Shown here: positions 1-10,237 of the stretch, one piece after another
Position numbering within the stretch: the stretch's first letter is position 1
Layout: the number at the start of each line of letters is the position of its first letter
Assembly (NCBI GenBank): GCA_963756875.1
Contig: CAVWPA010000003.1
Span: forward strand, 1,152,001 to 1,216,000
Direction of reading: 5' to 3'
From: an uncultured Verrucomicrobiae bacterium
GTDB taxonomy: Bacteria; Verrucomicrobiota; Verrucomicrobiia; Chthoniobacterales; UBA10450
DNA length: 64,000 nt
Notes under the pieces: generated by a model
The model's input: the letters and a program-made list of their open reading frames with translations, nothing else
Database searches by the model: none
Told to the model about the DNA's origin: nothing
Position numbers and translations under genes: made by a program

Positions 1-513
1 GGCTACGCCTTTTGGTTTTGGTTCCCGACGATGCTTCAGCGGCTCACCGGATGGACGGATGTTCAGTTCATCGGCTGGATGGGCGCGATTCCATTTGTCG
101 CGGGGCTGATGGGAATGCTGCTCCTGGGCTGGAGCTCCGATCGAATGGGCGAGCGCCGCTGGCATTTTGCCATTCCGCAATTGACCGCGGCGCTGGGGCT
201 GATTGCATGGTTTATTTTCCCGCATTCGAACGTGTTGCTCATCGTGGTGTTCTCGCTCATCGGATTTGGCACCACCGCCTATCTGCCCTCGTTCTGGGCG
301 TTGCCCAGCTCACTTCTTTCAGCGTCGGCCGCGGCCGCGGCAATCGGCTTTATCAATTGCACAGCCAGCATCGGAGGATTCGTCGGTCCAAAGATCATCG
401 GCGACCTGAGCCAGCGCAGCGGCTCCTTTCACGGCGGATTTATTTTTATGGCTGCGTGCTGGGTAATCGCGTCATTGCTGGTGCTGCTCTGCCCACGGGA
501 GCGAGCGGCATAG
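1..513 (+). CDS. MFS transporter (ACS-like), 5'-truncated by window edge
   Basis: Frame is open from base 1 (GYAFWFWFPTM...). Multiple TM helices, GWSSDRMGERRWH loop motif, AAAIGFINCTASIGGFVGP. Confidence 0.88.
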   Translation, partial: GYAFWFWFPTMLQRLTGWTDVQFIGWMGAIPFVAGLMGMLLLGWSSDRMGERRWHFAIPQLTAALGLIAWFIFPHSNVLLIVVFSLIGFGTTAYLPSFWALPSSLLSASAAAAAIGFINCTASIGGFVGPKIIGDLSQRSGSFHGGFIFMAACWVIASLLVLLCPRERAA

Positions 514-638
514 GGCTAGGTCCTGCGACGAACAATCTCCCGGCGCGATGGACGTATCCACTTATACAATCAGTATGATCTGATTCCGTGCGCGTGATTC
601 GACATCGCGAACAAACGCTCCGATTCGCTCAGACGGTC

Positions 639-1490
639 TCATATCTCCTGTTCGTCATGTGAACTGGGTATGTGCCCCGGTTTTTCCTTGCCCAATTCCA
701 ATGAGCGTTGATACGCGGCCCATACCGCGCGGGAAATGGCGGTGCGGAAACCGGCTTTCTCAAGATAATACAACGCCTCGGCCGATGTGCCGCCCGGTGA
801 AGTCACTTGATTACGCAGCGTGGCGGCATGTCGGTTGGCTTGCTCGTAAAACGCGGCCGAACCTTTTATGGTTTTCAACACCAACTGTTCGGCGATGCGA
901 CGCGGGAAACCCATGTGCACGCCAGCGTCGATCAGCGCCTCAGTGAACAGAAAAACGTACGTAGGCCCGGTGCCGGAAAGTGCGGTCGCCATATCGAGAT
1001 AGCTTTCGTCTTCCACAAGAACTTCATCGCCGAGCGCGCCGAGGACGGCGCGCGCCATTTCACGATGCTTTTCGGTGGCTTCCTTCGACGCAGTCCAGAC
1101 CGTGATTCCTTCGCCGATCTGTCCCGGCGTATTCGGCATCGAACGCACGATGGCCTTGTGTTTCAAACCCTCGCCGATCTTTTTCAGGGACGCGCCCGCC
1201 ACAATCGAAAGCACCAGCGCGTCTGCACGCACGCCTTTGAAGCCTTTCATCACTTGGCTTAGTCTCTGCGGCTTGACCGAGAGCACGACCACATCCGCGT
1301 CTGAAGCAGCGGAAGCGTTGTCAGTCGTCACATGAATCTTATACTTTTTGTGCAGTTCTTCGCCGCGTTCGACGCGCGGCCCGGAGGCTGTCAGATTCTC
1401 CGGCCTGGCCAGGTTCCTACGAAGCAATCCCGTGATCATGGCTTCGGCCATCACGCCGGGCCCGATGAAAGCAATTTTTTTGTTCAGCAT
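639..1490 (-). CDS. proC: Pyrroline-5-carboxylate reductase
   Basis: IAFIGPGVMAEA Rossmann motif, VRSMPNTP, ATALSGTGP, VTSPGGTS. GGAGGAG SD upstream of ATG 1490. Confidence 0.95.
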   Translation of the reverse strand: MLNKKIAFIGPGVMAEAMITGLLRRNLARPENLTASGPRVERGEELHKKYKIHVTTDNASAASDADVVVLSVKPQRLSQVMKGFKGVRADALVLSIVAGASLKKIGEGLKHKAIVRSMPNTPGQIGEGITVWTASKEATEKHREMARAVLGALGDEVLVEDESYLDMATALSGTGPTYVFLFTEALIDAGVHMGFPRRIAEQLVLKTIKGSAAFYEQANRHAATLRNQVTSPGGTSAEALYYLEKAGFRTAISRAVWAAYQRSLELGKEKPGHIPSSHDEQEI

Positions 1491-1636
1491 GTTCTCCTCC
1501 AAAACTCTTTGGGATAATGTCCGAAAATTTCACCACAAAGCCGTCAAGACACAAAGCCCCAAGGTTTTTTCTTTTTGAGCCACGGAGACTTCGTATGTTT
1601 GCGTCACTTAAGTTGGACTGTGAGCCAGGAACTCCC

Positions 1637-1782
1637 GCACAGCCAACATTGGCGGTTTCATCGGTTCTGAGATCATTGGCGACCTGAGCCAGCGCAGCGG
1701 CTCCTTCCGCAGCGGTTTTGTCTTCATGATGGCCTGCTTCGTGATCACGTCGGTACCTGGTGCTGCTCTGCCCGCGGGAGCG
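1637..1782 (+). pseudogene. Degenerate duplicate of the MFS 3' end (359-503)
   Basis: Shares GGCGACCTGAGCCAGCGCAGCGGCTCCTT and CTGGTGCTGCTCTGCCC with the MFS gene. No start codon; one extra base near 1756. Confidence 0.85.
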
Positions 1783-1799
1783 GGGCCCGACTTAATTAT

Positions 1800-3161
1800 T
1801 CAGCGCTTAAGCGCAACCTCGAACGGTGCGCCCGTCTTGGCGCGGATGTCGTCCACCGTGAGCTTGGTGCCGGGGTGCAGCTCGGTTAAGACAAGACCGC
1901 CACCCGTTTTCACCTCGAACACGCAGAGGTCGGTAATGATGAGGTTCACGACCCCCAGGCCGGTGATGGGCAGCGTGCATTTTTTTAGAATCTTCGGGCT
2001 GCCATCCTTCGCGCAGTGCTCAAGCACTGCAACCACACGCTTCACCCCAGCGACAAGATCCATCGCGCCGCCAGGTCCTTTGACCATCTTGCCGGGAATC
2101 ATCCAGTTCGCGATATCGCCCTTATCCGTCACCTCGAACGCGCCAAGAATTGCAAGATCGATGTGTCCTCCGCGAATCATTGTGAACGAATCGGCGCTCG
2201 AGAAAAAGGCCGAGCCCGGCATTGTGGTGATGGTTTGCTTGCCGGCGTTGATCAAGTCGGCGTCCACCTGGTCCTCGGTGGGAAAGGGGCCGATACCGAG
2301 CAGCCCGTTCTCGGATTGGAGGGTAACGTTCATTCCTTCGGGAATGTAATTGGCGACCAACGTCGGGATGCCGATTCCGAGGTTGACGTAGTATCCATCG
2401 CGCAGCTCCTTCGCCGCGCGTTTCGCCATCAACTCACGGACCGGATTTTCTTTCTTGGCCGCGCTGCCGCCTTGCACGGTGCGAAACTCGATCCGCTTCT
2501 CGTATTTTTCTCCCTGGATGATGCGGTCGACGAAGATACCCGGCGTGTGGATCGAATCGGGATCGAGTTCGCCGTTCTCGACAAGTTGTTCGACCTCGGC
2601 GACACAGACTTTGCCGCAAGAGGCGATCATCGGGTTGAAGTTCCGTGAGGTTTTTCGAAAAATGAGATTGCCGGATTTGTCGCCCCTCCACGCTTTCACG
2701 AGCGAAACCTCGGCCTTGATGCCGGGTTCGAGGACGTATTCCGTGCCGTCGAAAACTTTCGTCTCCTTACCCTCGGTCAGTTTGGTGCCGAACCCGGTGC
2801 GAGTGTAGAACCCGGGAATTCCCGCGCCGCCTGCGCGCAACCGCTCGGCGAGTGTGCCCTGCGGGATGAGCTCAAGTTCAAGTTCGCCACCTAGCACCTG
2901 GCGCTCGAACTCCTTGTTCTCGCCTACGTAGGAAGCCATGACCTTCTTCACCTGGCGTGTGGTGAGCAAAAGCCCCATCCCAAAGTTGTCCACGCCGGCG
3001 TTGTTGCCGACGATGGTGAGGCCCTTCACGCCGCTGTCGCGCAGTGCCGCGATGAGATTCTCCGGGATGCCGCACAGGCCGAACCCGCCCGCAGCGATGG
3101 TCATATTGTCGTGAAGCAGGCCGTCAAGCGCAGCCTTGGCGTTAGGAAAGACTTTACTCAT
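1800..3161 (-). CDS. Fused alpha+beta family I CoA-transferase (ScoA/ScoB, OXCT-like)
   Basis: [10 protein letters not shown] and [16 protein letters not shown] (A subunit); VNLGIGIPT and LQSENG with catalytic Glu (B subunit), in one ORF. Confidence 0.93.
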   Translation of the reverse strand: MSKVFPNAKAALDGLLHDNMTIAAGGFGLCGIPENLIAALRDSGVKGLTIVGNNAGVDNFGMGLLLTTRQVKKVMASYVGENKEFERQVLGGELELELIPQGTLAERLRAGGAGIPGFYTRTGFGTKLTEGKETKVFDGTEYVLEPGIKAEVSLVKAWRGDKSGNLIFRKTSRNFNPMIASCGKVCVAEVEQLVENGELDPDSIHTPGIFVDRIIQGEKYEKRIEFRTVQGGSAAKKENPVRELMAKRAAKELRDGYYVNLGIGIPTLVANYIPEGMNVTLQSENGLLGIGPFPTEDQVDADLINAGKQTITTMPGSAFFSSADSFTMIRGGHIDLAILGAFEVTDKGDIANWMIPGKMVKGPGGAMDLVAGVKRVVAVLEHCAKDGSPKILKKCTLPITGLGVVNLIITDLCVFEVKTGGGLVLTELHPGTKLTVDDIRAKTGAPFEVALKR

Positions 3162-3273
3162 GTGCAGAAAATTTAACCACGATTGCGCAGTAAACAGGAA
3201 CAAATTCGCTGGCGAATTGAAATTCAGTCACGGAGGAAGTTTGCGGCGCTCGTCGGCTTTGAGCAAGCGGATT

Positions 3274-3425
3274 GGGGAGCGCACGCGCCTCGCGTGCTGT
3301 TTCCGGCGCCCTCGCCGGAAACTTCTGGCCTAAACGACTCGTGCCAAGCGCTCGTTTGGCATTTCGGCGAGGGCGCCAAAAGTCCGAGCCGGACTGGCGT
3401 TGCACGCGAGGCGCGTGCGTTCCCC
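3274..3425. repeat. REP-like inverted doublet, family A
   Basis: GGGGAGCGCACGCGCCTCGCGTGC ... GCACGCGAGGCGCGTGCGTTCCCC; related copies at 46738-46871 and 58868-59012. Confidence 0.85.
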
Positions 3426-3475
3426 GGAGTTGCTCGCGCGGAAATCATCGGCACATTGCTGCGACGCTTTTCCAA

Positions 3476-4873
3476 ATGCCTACGACCCTTGCACATCAAC
3501 TTGCCGATTACGCTTGTTCGCTTCAGTTCGCCGATTTGTCGCGGCAAGTTGTTCACGAAGTAAAACGGCGCGTAATCGACTCGTTAGGCTGCGCTCTCGG
3601 TGCATGGCGCGAAGAGCCTTGCGCGATTGCGCGCAAGGTCGCTTCGGAATTTTCCGCGAAAGCAGGCTCGACGATCATCGGGACGACGCACAAAGCGCCG
3701 CCGGACTGGGCGGCATTCGCGACCGGGTGCTGCATCCGCTATTTCGATTACAACGACACCTACTTGTCGAAGGAGCCGGCGCACCCGAGCGACAATATCG
3801 CCGCGGCGCTCGCTGTCGCGGAGAGCGTCGGCGCGAACGGCCGCGAGCTGATCACTGCGATTGCTCTTGCGTACGAAGTGCAATGCCGGTTTTGCGATGC
3901 GGCCAGCATCCGCGCCCGTGGCTGGGATCATCCGACTTACGGCGCGTTCTCGACGGCGCTCGCGGCGACAAGGTTGATGAAGCTCGATCCGGACAAAACG
4001 CGGCACGCGGTGAACATCGCGGGCGTGAACTGCGCTGCCTTCCGGCAGGCGCGGGTCGGTGAGTTGTCGCACTGGAAAGGCGTCGCCTTCGCCAACGCAG
4101 CGCGTCACGGTGTCTATTCCGCCCTGCTGGCGCGCGCTGGCATGACCGGGCCGGCGCCAATTTTCGAAGGTCAAATGGGCTTTGAGAAGGAGCTCGGCGT
4201 GTCGTTAGGCAATGTCGGTGAGATTTTTGTGAAACGACCTGACGAGAAAAATGTAAAAGAAGGCACTGCGGCCATGATTCTCAATACCAGCGTTAAATAT
4301 TGGCCGGCGGAATATCACAGCCAAAGTGCCATCGAAGCGGCCTTGTTTCTGCGGAAGGAGATTGGTGACGTTTCGAAGATCAAGTCGGTAGTGATCGAGA
4401 GTCACGACGCGTCGGTTGATATTATTGGAAGCGAACCGGAGAAATGGAAACCGGAGACCCGCGAAACCGCCGACCACAGCCTGCCTTACATCACCGCTAT
4501 TGCGTTGATTGACGGCGAAGTGACGGACCGGCAGTTCCAGCCGGAACGCTTCAGGGATCCGAAAATTTGGAAATTTTTGGAGAACGTGAAAGTCGAGCGG
4601 AACGCCGAGTTGAGCTCGCTCTATGCCAAGGCGGTGGCGAACATTGTGCACGTCACTTTGGAAAACGGCCGCACGCTGACCAAGCGCGTCGACTATCCGC
4701 TGGGCAATGCTTTCAATCCGGTGAGTGACAAGCAGCTCGAAGGAAAGTTCAATGCCTTGGTCGAACCCGCCCTGGGCAGCGACCGCGCGAAACAGATTGT
4801 CGATCTCAGCTGGAGACTGGACGAGGCAGCGAAGGTGGATGATTTGATGCGCGCGTGTGTGGTGAGCGAGTAG
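3476..4873 (+). CDS. prpD: 2-methylcitrate dehydratase (MmgE/PrpD family)
   Basis: RYFDYNDTYLSKEPAHPSDN, WDH, ETADHSLPY; directly upstream of prpB and prpC. Confidence 0.9.
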   Translation: MPTTLAHQLADYACSLQFADLSRQVVHEVKRRVIDSLGCALGAWREEPCAIARKVASEFSAKAGSTIIGTTHKAPPDWAAFATGCCIRYFDYNDTYLSKEPAHPSDNIAAALAVAESVGANGRELITAIALAYEVQCRFCDAASIRARGWDHPTYGAFSTALAATRLMKLDPDKTRHAVNIAGVNCAAFRQARVGELSHWKGVAFANAARHGVYSALLARAGMTGPAPIFEGQMGFEKELGVSLGNVGEIFVKRPDEKNVKEGTAAMILNTSVKYWPAEYHSQSAIEAALFLRKEIGDVSKIKSVVIESHDASVDIIGSEPEKWKPETRETADHSLPYITAIALIDGEVTDRQFQPERFRDPKIWKFLENVKVERNAELSSLYAKAVANIVHVTLENGRTLTKRVDYPLGNAFNPVSDKQLEGKFNALVEPALGSDRAKQIVDLSWRLDEAAKVDDLMRACVVSE

Positions 4874-4886
4874 ATTGATCACGAGC

Positions 4887-5753
4887 ATGATCACGAGCAA
4901 GAGCAAGAGGATGCGCGAATTGATCGCGCAAGGTGCGGTGGCCATGCCGGGCGTGCCGAATGCGGCGATGGGGCGACAAGTGGAGCGCGCGGGATTTGAG
5001 GCGGTCTATATAAGTGGCGCGGGTCTGGCGAACGCAACAGCCGGCGTGCCAGATATCGGTTTGCTAACGCTCACCGAAGTGGCGCGCCTGGCAGGTTATA
5101 TTGCCAACGCGGTTAAAATACCGGCGATTGTCGATGCGGACACCGGCTTTGGCGGCGCGGAAAATGTGGCGCGGACGATCCACGAGCTGGAAAGCGCGGG
5201 CCTGGCCGGTTGCCACATCGAGGATCAGGAATTTCCAAAACGGTGCGGACACCTGGCCGGCAAATCGATTGTCGACCAGGACCAGATGGTGGAGAAGATC
5301 AAAGCGGCAGCGGCGGCGCGCCGGGACGCTGGTTTTCTCATTGTGGCGCGAACGGACGCGCGGGCGGTCGAAGATTTTAAACGGGCGGTGAAGCGGGCGC
5401 AGGCGTATCTGGAGGCCGGCGCAGACGCCATTTTTCCAGAGGCGTTGCAAACCGCCGAGGAATTTCGGGATTTTGCCGGTGAAGTGAAAGCGCCGTTGCT
5501 TGCGAACATGACCGAGTTTGGCAAAAGTCCGTTGCTCTCCTTTCAGGACCTCTCCGATTTCGGTTATCGAATGATAATTTTTCCGCAGAGCGCGTTTCGC
5601 GTTGCGATGAAGGCGAGTGATCAATTTTTTCACGCGCTCAAGAAGGCCGGGACGCAAGCGGACTGGATCGACAAAATGCAAACGCGCCAGGAACTTTACG
5701 AGCTGCTCGACTACGATCCTGCGGCAAACAGTTGGGGTACAAAAAAGCGTTGA
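4887..5753 (+). CDS. prpB: Methylisocitrate lyase
   Basis: DADTGFG, IEDQEFPKRCGHL, ARTDA, LANMTEFGKSP. Start uncertain (4875/4887/4911). Confidence 0.92.
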   Translation: MITSKSKRMRELIAQGAVAMPGVPNAAMGRQVERAGFEAVYISGAGLANATAGVPDIGLLTLTEVARLAGYIANAVKIPAIVDADTGFGGAENVARTIHELESAGLAGCHIEDQEFPKRCGHLAGKSIVDQDQMVEKIKAAAAARRDAGFLIVARTDARAVEDFKRAVKRAQAYLEAGADAIFPEALQTAEEFRDFAGEVKAPLLANMTEFGKSPLLSFQDLSDFGYRMIIFPQSAFRVAMKASDQFFHALKKAGTQADWIDKMQTRQELYELLDYDPAANSWGTKKR

Positions 5754-5804
5754 AGCGCGTCGCGCAGTTGAACGTTTGGCAATCGCAGGTAAAGAAACAT
5801 ATCG

Positions 5805-6956
5805 ATGAGCACTGAAACCGCACCAGCCTACAGTCCGGGTCTGGCCGGCGTCATTGCCGGCGAAACGGCGATCTGCTGGGTCGATCCGAATGCCGGCCTG
5901 ATGTATCGCGGCTACGACATTCACGAAATGGCGCAACGGGCCAGCTACGAGGAAGTCGCTTATTTGCTGCTTCATGACGATTTGCCGAACGTCAAGCAAC
6001 TGACCGAATTCACCCGGAAAATCGCGTCCGAGCGTGAGTTACCGGCACAGGTGATCGAGGCGTTGCGGCTGATGCCGCGCGATGCGCACCCCATGGATAT
6101 GCTACGCACCGGCGTTTCAATGCTGAGCATGTACGACAAGGAGGTAAGCGATAACTCACACGACGCCAATGTTCGCAAATCGATTCGTTTGATTGCGCGG
6201 GTCTCGACATTGATTACGGATGGCTGGCGAATTTCGCACGGTGAAGAGCCCGTGCCGGAAAGGCCCGATCTGACGCATGCCGGCAATTTTTTCTTTAAGT
6301 TAAACGGAGAAGTTCCGCAGGACTGGAAAATCCGGATGTTGGACACGATTTTCATTTTGTATGCGGACCATGAATTCAATGCCTCGACGTTTGCAGCGCG
6401 TGTGACTGCTTCCACGCTGGCGGGTATCTACGCTGCGGTTACTTCCGCCTGCGGAACGCTAAAGGGTCCGTTGCACGGTGGCGCGAACGAAGAATCGATG
6501 AAGATGCTCGAGGAAATCGGGACTCCCGATCGCGCGGAAGCGTGGCTGACAAAAAAACTCGCCGCCAAGGAAAAGGTCATGGGTTTCGGTCATCGCGTTT
6601 ACAAAAAAGGCGATTCCCGCGTGCCGATGATGCGCGAGATCGGGCGCGACCTTGCCAAGCGAGTCGGTAAGGAGGACTGGATAGAGATTTGCGAAAAACT
6701 GGAGGCGGCGATGGAACGGGAGAAACATCTCTGCGCAAATGTCGATCTTTATGCGGCGCCGGTCTTTTTGATGCTCGGCTTCGCGCCTGAGCTGAATACA
6801 CCCCTCTTTGGCGCGTCGCGGGTGGCGGGTTGGTGCGCGCACGTGGTCGAACAGCACGATCACAATCGCTTGATCCGGCCGCGCTCCCTCTACACCGGTC
6901 ACGCCGCGCGTCCGTATCACGACGTCTCTTCCGATGGAGCAGCACGCGAAAAGTAA
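5805..6956 (+). CDS. prpC: 2-methylcitrate synthase / citrate synthase family
   Basis: DHEFNASTF, GPLHGGANE, MGFGHRVYK, NVD; located in the prp operon. Confidence 0.85.
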   Translation: MSTETAPAYSPGLAGVIAGETAICWVDPNAGLMYRGYDIHEMAQRASYEEVAYLLLHDDLPNVKQLTEFTRKIASERELPAQVIEALRLMPRDAHPMDMLRTGVSMLSMYDKEVSDNSHDANVRKSIRLIARVSTLITDGWRISHGEEPVPERPDLTHAGNFFFKLNGEVPQDWKIRMLDTIFILYADHEFNASTFAARVTASTLAGIYAAVTSACGTLKGPLHGGANEESMKMLEEIGTPDRAEAWLTKKLAAKEKVMGFGHRVYKKGDSRVPMMREIGRDLAKRVGKEDWIEICEKLEAAMEREKHLCANVDLYAAPVFLMLGFAPELNTPLFGASRVAGWCAHVVEQHDHNRLIRPRSLYTGHAARPYHDVSSDGAAREK

Positions 6957-7430
6957 GTGACGGACGATCAGTCGAAATCGTTACAAGAGCGATACGCACC
7001 GGCAAATGCCTGCTGGGGCTGCGGGCCCGCAAATACAGAAGGATTGCGTATTCGCAGTTTTCCGCATGGCGACGAAGTCGTAGCGGAATGGAAGCCGCAG
7101 CCAAAATACGAAGCATTTCCCGGGGTCCTCAACGGCGGCATCATTGGCACTTTGCTCGATTGCCATTGTAACTGGGCGGCTGCCTATCACTTGATGAAAC
7201 ATGCGGGCGCAGATCATCCGCCATGCACGGTCACAGCCGAATACTCGATCAAATTGCTGCGGCCGACGCCGACGGACGGTCCGGTCTCGCTTTCCGCGAG
7301 GATTGTCGATCTCAATGGCGATCGCGCGACGGTTGAAGGAACCCTGAGCGCCGGAGGAAAAGTTTGCGCGACCTGTCGAGGCGTCTTTGTTGCTGTACGG
7401 GAAGGCCATCCCGCATATCATCGCTGGTAA
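6957..7430 (+). CDS. PaaI/hotdog-fold thioesterase
   Basis: CWGCGPAN and GVLNGGIIGTLLD hotdog motif. Confidence 0.85.
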   Translation: MTDDQSKSLQERYAPANACWGCGPANTEGLRIRSFPHGDEVVAEWKPQPKYEAFPGVLNGGIIGTLLDCHCNWAAAYHLMKHAGADHPPCTVTAEYSIKLLRPTPTDGPVSLSARIVDLNGDRATVEGTLSAGGKVCATCRGVFVAVREGHPAYHRW

Positions 7431-7432
7431 AC

Positions 7433-7503
7433 TGTAGCGGCGGTCTACGACCGTCACATTTTGTCCCAGAAACAGTATGCGACGCTCACAGAGCGCCGCT
7501 ACA
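7433..7503. repeat. GTAG-type REP doublet, family B
   Basis: TGTAGCGGCGGTCTACGACCGTC ... GACGCTCACAGAGCGCCGCTACA; related copies at 42036, 52537 and 56990-57063. Confidence 0.8.
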
Positions 7504-7574
7504 GAAGACCAAGGGAATTCCCTGCCTGAATTTCGTCGATGCGCGAGTCGACGGGGCGCGTTTAGGGTTCAATC

Positions 7575-8042
7575 ATGAAAACTTTAAGCTTTCGGATTGT
7601 TCCTCTGCTCAGCGAGGTCGCAGAAGCGGCGCGACGGTTGGCCGCGAACGGTGCGCCGGACCACGCCATTGTCGTTGCGGATTCGCCGCGCAGTTATCCC
7701 TGCCGCCATTGTTTGCGTTTCGCTCAGCCCGGCGAACGGATGATCCTTTTTCCGTACCCGTCGATTCCGGCAGGCCATCCTTATTCGGAAAGCGGACCGG
7801 TCTTCGTGCACGCGGAACCGTGCGAGCGTTATACGACGACGCGAGAATATCCGGCCGACTTTCGAAACGGCCGTGTGATGCGAGCCTACAACTCGAGCTT
7901 CGACATGGTCGATGCGGAAGTCGCGAACGGGAGCGAGCCGGAAGCCGTTGTTGAAAAGCTCTTCCAAAACCCGGAGACTGCCTTCGTGGATGCGCGCAGC
8001 GTGACTCGCGGCTGCTACACATTTCGAATCGAGCGTTTATGA
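7575..8042 (+). CDS. DUF1203-like protein
   Basis: YPCRHCLR, HPYSESGPVFVH, GCYTFRIER; overlaps the ada start. Confidence 0.75.
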   Translation: MKTLSFRIVPLLSEVAEAARRLAANGAPDHAIVVADSPRSYPCRHCLRFAQPGERMILFPYPSIPAGHPYSESGPVFVHAEPCERYTTTREYPADFRNGRVMRAYNSSFDMVDAEVANGSEPEAVVEKLFQNPETAFVDARSVTRGCYTFRIERL

Positions 8043-9103
8043 AAACCCCGGAACTTCTTCCTCCGTTCGAAACGATGTATCGCGCGCTGGTCAACCGCGA
8101 CCCAGGTTTTGAAGGTATCTTTTTTGTCGGCGTCCGCACGACCGGGATTTTTTGCAGGCCAACTTGCCCGGCAAAAAAACCGGCCCGCGAGAATGTCGAT
8201 TTCTTCGCGACACCCGGCGAAGCGCTGCATGGCGGCTACCGACCCTGTTTGCGCTGCCATCCGATGGACCCGGCGCAACGTCCTCCCAAATTGGTTGAGC
8301 GATTGCAGGCTGAAGTAGAGCGAGCCCCCGGCGGGCGACTTACGGACAAGGAATTGGCCGCGCTGGCCATCGACCCTTCGACGGCGCGCCGCCAGTTCAA
8401 GCGTCATTTCGGAATGACGTTTCAGGCTTATCATCGGGCGCGTCGGATGGGCCTGGCCTTGCGCCAGGTGCAACGCGGCGGCCGCGTGGAAGAGGCCCGG
8501 AATGGAAGCGGCTTCGAATCGGAAAGCGGTTTCCGCGAGGCTTTCACGCGCGTTTTCGGTGATTCACCTTCCGCGGCGAAGGATCGATCCTGTTTATTCG
8601 CGCAACGCATTGAAACCCCGCTCGGCACGATGCTTGCGGTGGCCGATGACGAAGGATTGCGCTTGCTCGAGTTCGGCGACCGTCGCGCGCTGGAGCGCGA
8701 GGTGCCGATCTTGCGGCGGCGTGTGCGCACGAATGTTGTGCCGGGCGAGCACCCGCATTTAACGAAGATTCGAAAACAGTTAGGCGAATATTTCGCCGGG
8801 AAGCGAATGGAATTTGATGTTCCACTCGCCCCGGTTGGCTCCGATTTTCAACTTCGTACCTGGAAACTGCTGCAAAGAATTCCGCCCGCTGAAACGCGCT
8901 CGTATGGCTGGATGGCGGAACGGTTAGGCGCAGCGGGCGCCCAGCGCGCGGTCGGCCGGGCCAACGGCACGAACATGATTGCCATTGTCATTCCATGTCA
9001 CCGCGTGATTCGCGCGGATGGCACCTTGTGCGGTTACGGCGGCGGCCTCTGGCGCAAGAAATGGCTGCTCGATCACGAACGAAAAGTGATGAGTGACAGG
9101 TGA
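8039..9103 (+). CDS. ada: Bifunctional Ada regulator / O6-methylguanine-DNA methyltransferase
   Basis: GIFCRPTC and RPCLRC Zn site, AraC HTH, IPCHRV active site. Confidence 0.95.
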   Translation: MKTPELLPPFETMYRALVNRDPGFEGIFFVGVRTTGIFCRPTCPAKKPARENVDFFATPGEALHGGYRPCLRCHPMDPAQRPPKLVERLQAEVERAPGGRLTDKELAALAIDPSTARRQFKRHFGMTFQAYHRARRMGLALRQVQRGGRVEEARNGSGFESESGFREAFTRVFGDSPSAAKDRSCLFAQRIETPLGTMLAVADDEGLRLLEFGDRRALEREVPILRRRVRTNVVPGEHPHLTKIRKQLGEYFAGKRMEFDVPLAPVGSDFQLRTWKLLQRIPPAETRSYGWMAERLGAAGAQRAVGRANGTNMIAIVIPCHRVIRADGTLCGYGGGLWRKKWLLDHERKVMSDR

Positions 9104-9171
9104 TAAGTGACGAGCGAATCAGGGCGGATACGATCTCGTCACATGTCACGCATCACTCGTCACTATCTTTG

Positions 9172-9245
9172 CGCGCCCGGGGTGACTCGAACACCCGACC
9201 TACGGATTAGAAATCCGTTGCTCTATCCGGCTGAGCTACGGGCGC
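9172..9245 (-). tRNA. tRNA-Arg (anticodon TCT)
   Basis: Reverse complement GCGCCCGTAGCTCAGCCGGATAGAGCAACGGATTTCTAATCCGTAGGTCGGGTGTTCGAGTCACCCCGGGCGCG folds as a cloverleaf; CCA not encoded. Confidence 0.96.
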
Positions 9246-9399
9246 AAAATGAATCTGGAATATGTCGCCGGGGGGACGGAAAAATCCAGGACGAATACGG
9301 GGCAAACAAGTTAAAAGGTTTAAAAAACGTTACAAAGCTAAAATGGGTCGCTGACTTACCATTGTAACTCTTTTAACGATGTAACTACAGTGTTACTCC

Positions 9400-9747
9400 G
9401 TGAACGCGCTCTTCGTCATCAACCCATACAAGCACGAAGGGATGTGGGTTTTCGACGATCCGGCTGTCGGTCTCGAGCGCGAGCCATTCATCGCCGGGAT
9501 CGACACGATGATCGACAGAGTCGTTGCCGATATCCCGGATGCGGACCGCGGATTTCGGGCAATTTTCAGCGCGACGCCGTTTCCGGGTGCGAACTTCGAG
9601 CTGGAATGGCGCCGGGAAGAAGCGGGCGGAAACTGGTACTACAGCGGCCAATTCAAAATGGAGGGTTGGCTTTGCCCGGCCCTGTTCAGGTATTTTGAAA
9701 GCGCGCCTCGCGAGATCTACGTCAAAGCGGAACAGTTAAAACGCTGA
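9400..9747 (+). CDS. Conserved hypothetical protein (DUF6717-like)
   Basis: WVFDDPAVGLEREPF, GNWY, EGWLCPALFRYF; GTG start. Confidence 0.75.
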   Translation: MNALFVINPYKHEGMWVFDDPAVGLEREPFIAGIDTMIDRVVADIPDADRGFRAIFSATPFPGANFELEWRREEAGGNWYYSGQFKMEGWLCPALFRYFESAPREIYVKAEQLKR

Positions 9748-9781
9748 CGATAGCGATTCTGAGAGAGAGTCGCGTGGAGCT

Positions 9782-10006
9782 TTACTCGTTGATCCGGTGC
9801 TTTAGCTCCCAAACTCGAAGGGCAGCGAGGAGAAGTGCTTTGGTGCGGGTGAGGGTGCCGGCTGCGGCGTATTCGCGTCCTCCATTGGCGGCGGTAGTTG
9901 AGGCGGAATGTTTGTGTGGGCGACCGCGTTTTTGGGTTTTAGCTCTGCGGCCGCGTCTGGGAGCGGTATGAGTGGCGGATAAGTTCGGACTGCTCATAAT
10001 TTCCAT
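9782..10006 (-). CDS. Small basic hypothetical protein
   Basis: 74-aa ORF filling the gap, divergent from sppA; no recognised motif. Confidence 0.35.
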   Translation of the reverse strand: MEIMSSPNLSATHTAPRRGRRAKTQKRGRPHKHSASTTAANGGREYAAAGTLTRTKALLLAALRVWELKHRINE

Positions 10007-10237
10007 TAGATTCTATAAATATAACATTTAGCAGCTTCCGCGCCAGCGGCTTTTTCTCTATGGAAAACCCCCTTCATCCCCCCTTTTAACTACGTTCAAA
10101 TGCCATGGTTTCGGCAGTTGTGGCAATTTCTACAGATATTGCAGAAATTGTAATGCTGCCCCCGGCATTCGCCGCCCTTTTGTTACCTCGTGAAAACCGC
10201 TTGTGTGCCCGCTGGTTCTCCTCCACTTTTCAGCTTC

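Noticed and set aside
3272..3475. Long N-terminal extensions of the prpD, pheS, gspE, rpe and carA ORFs
   Set aside because: They are read-through of upstream repeats; the recognisable proteins start at later ATGs.
9107..9367. ORF over the tRNA, and tRNA-Arg as a possible island integration site
   Set aside because: The ORF is the antisense of the tRNA. I saw no integrase and no duplicated tRNA 3' end in the window.
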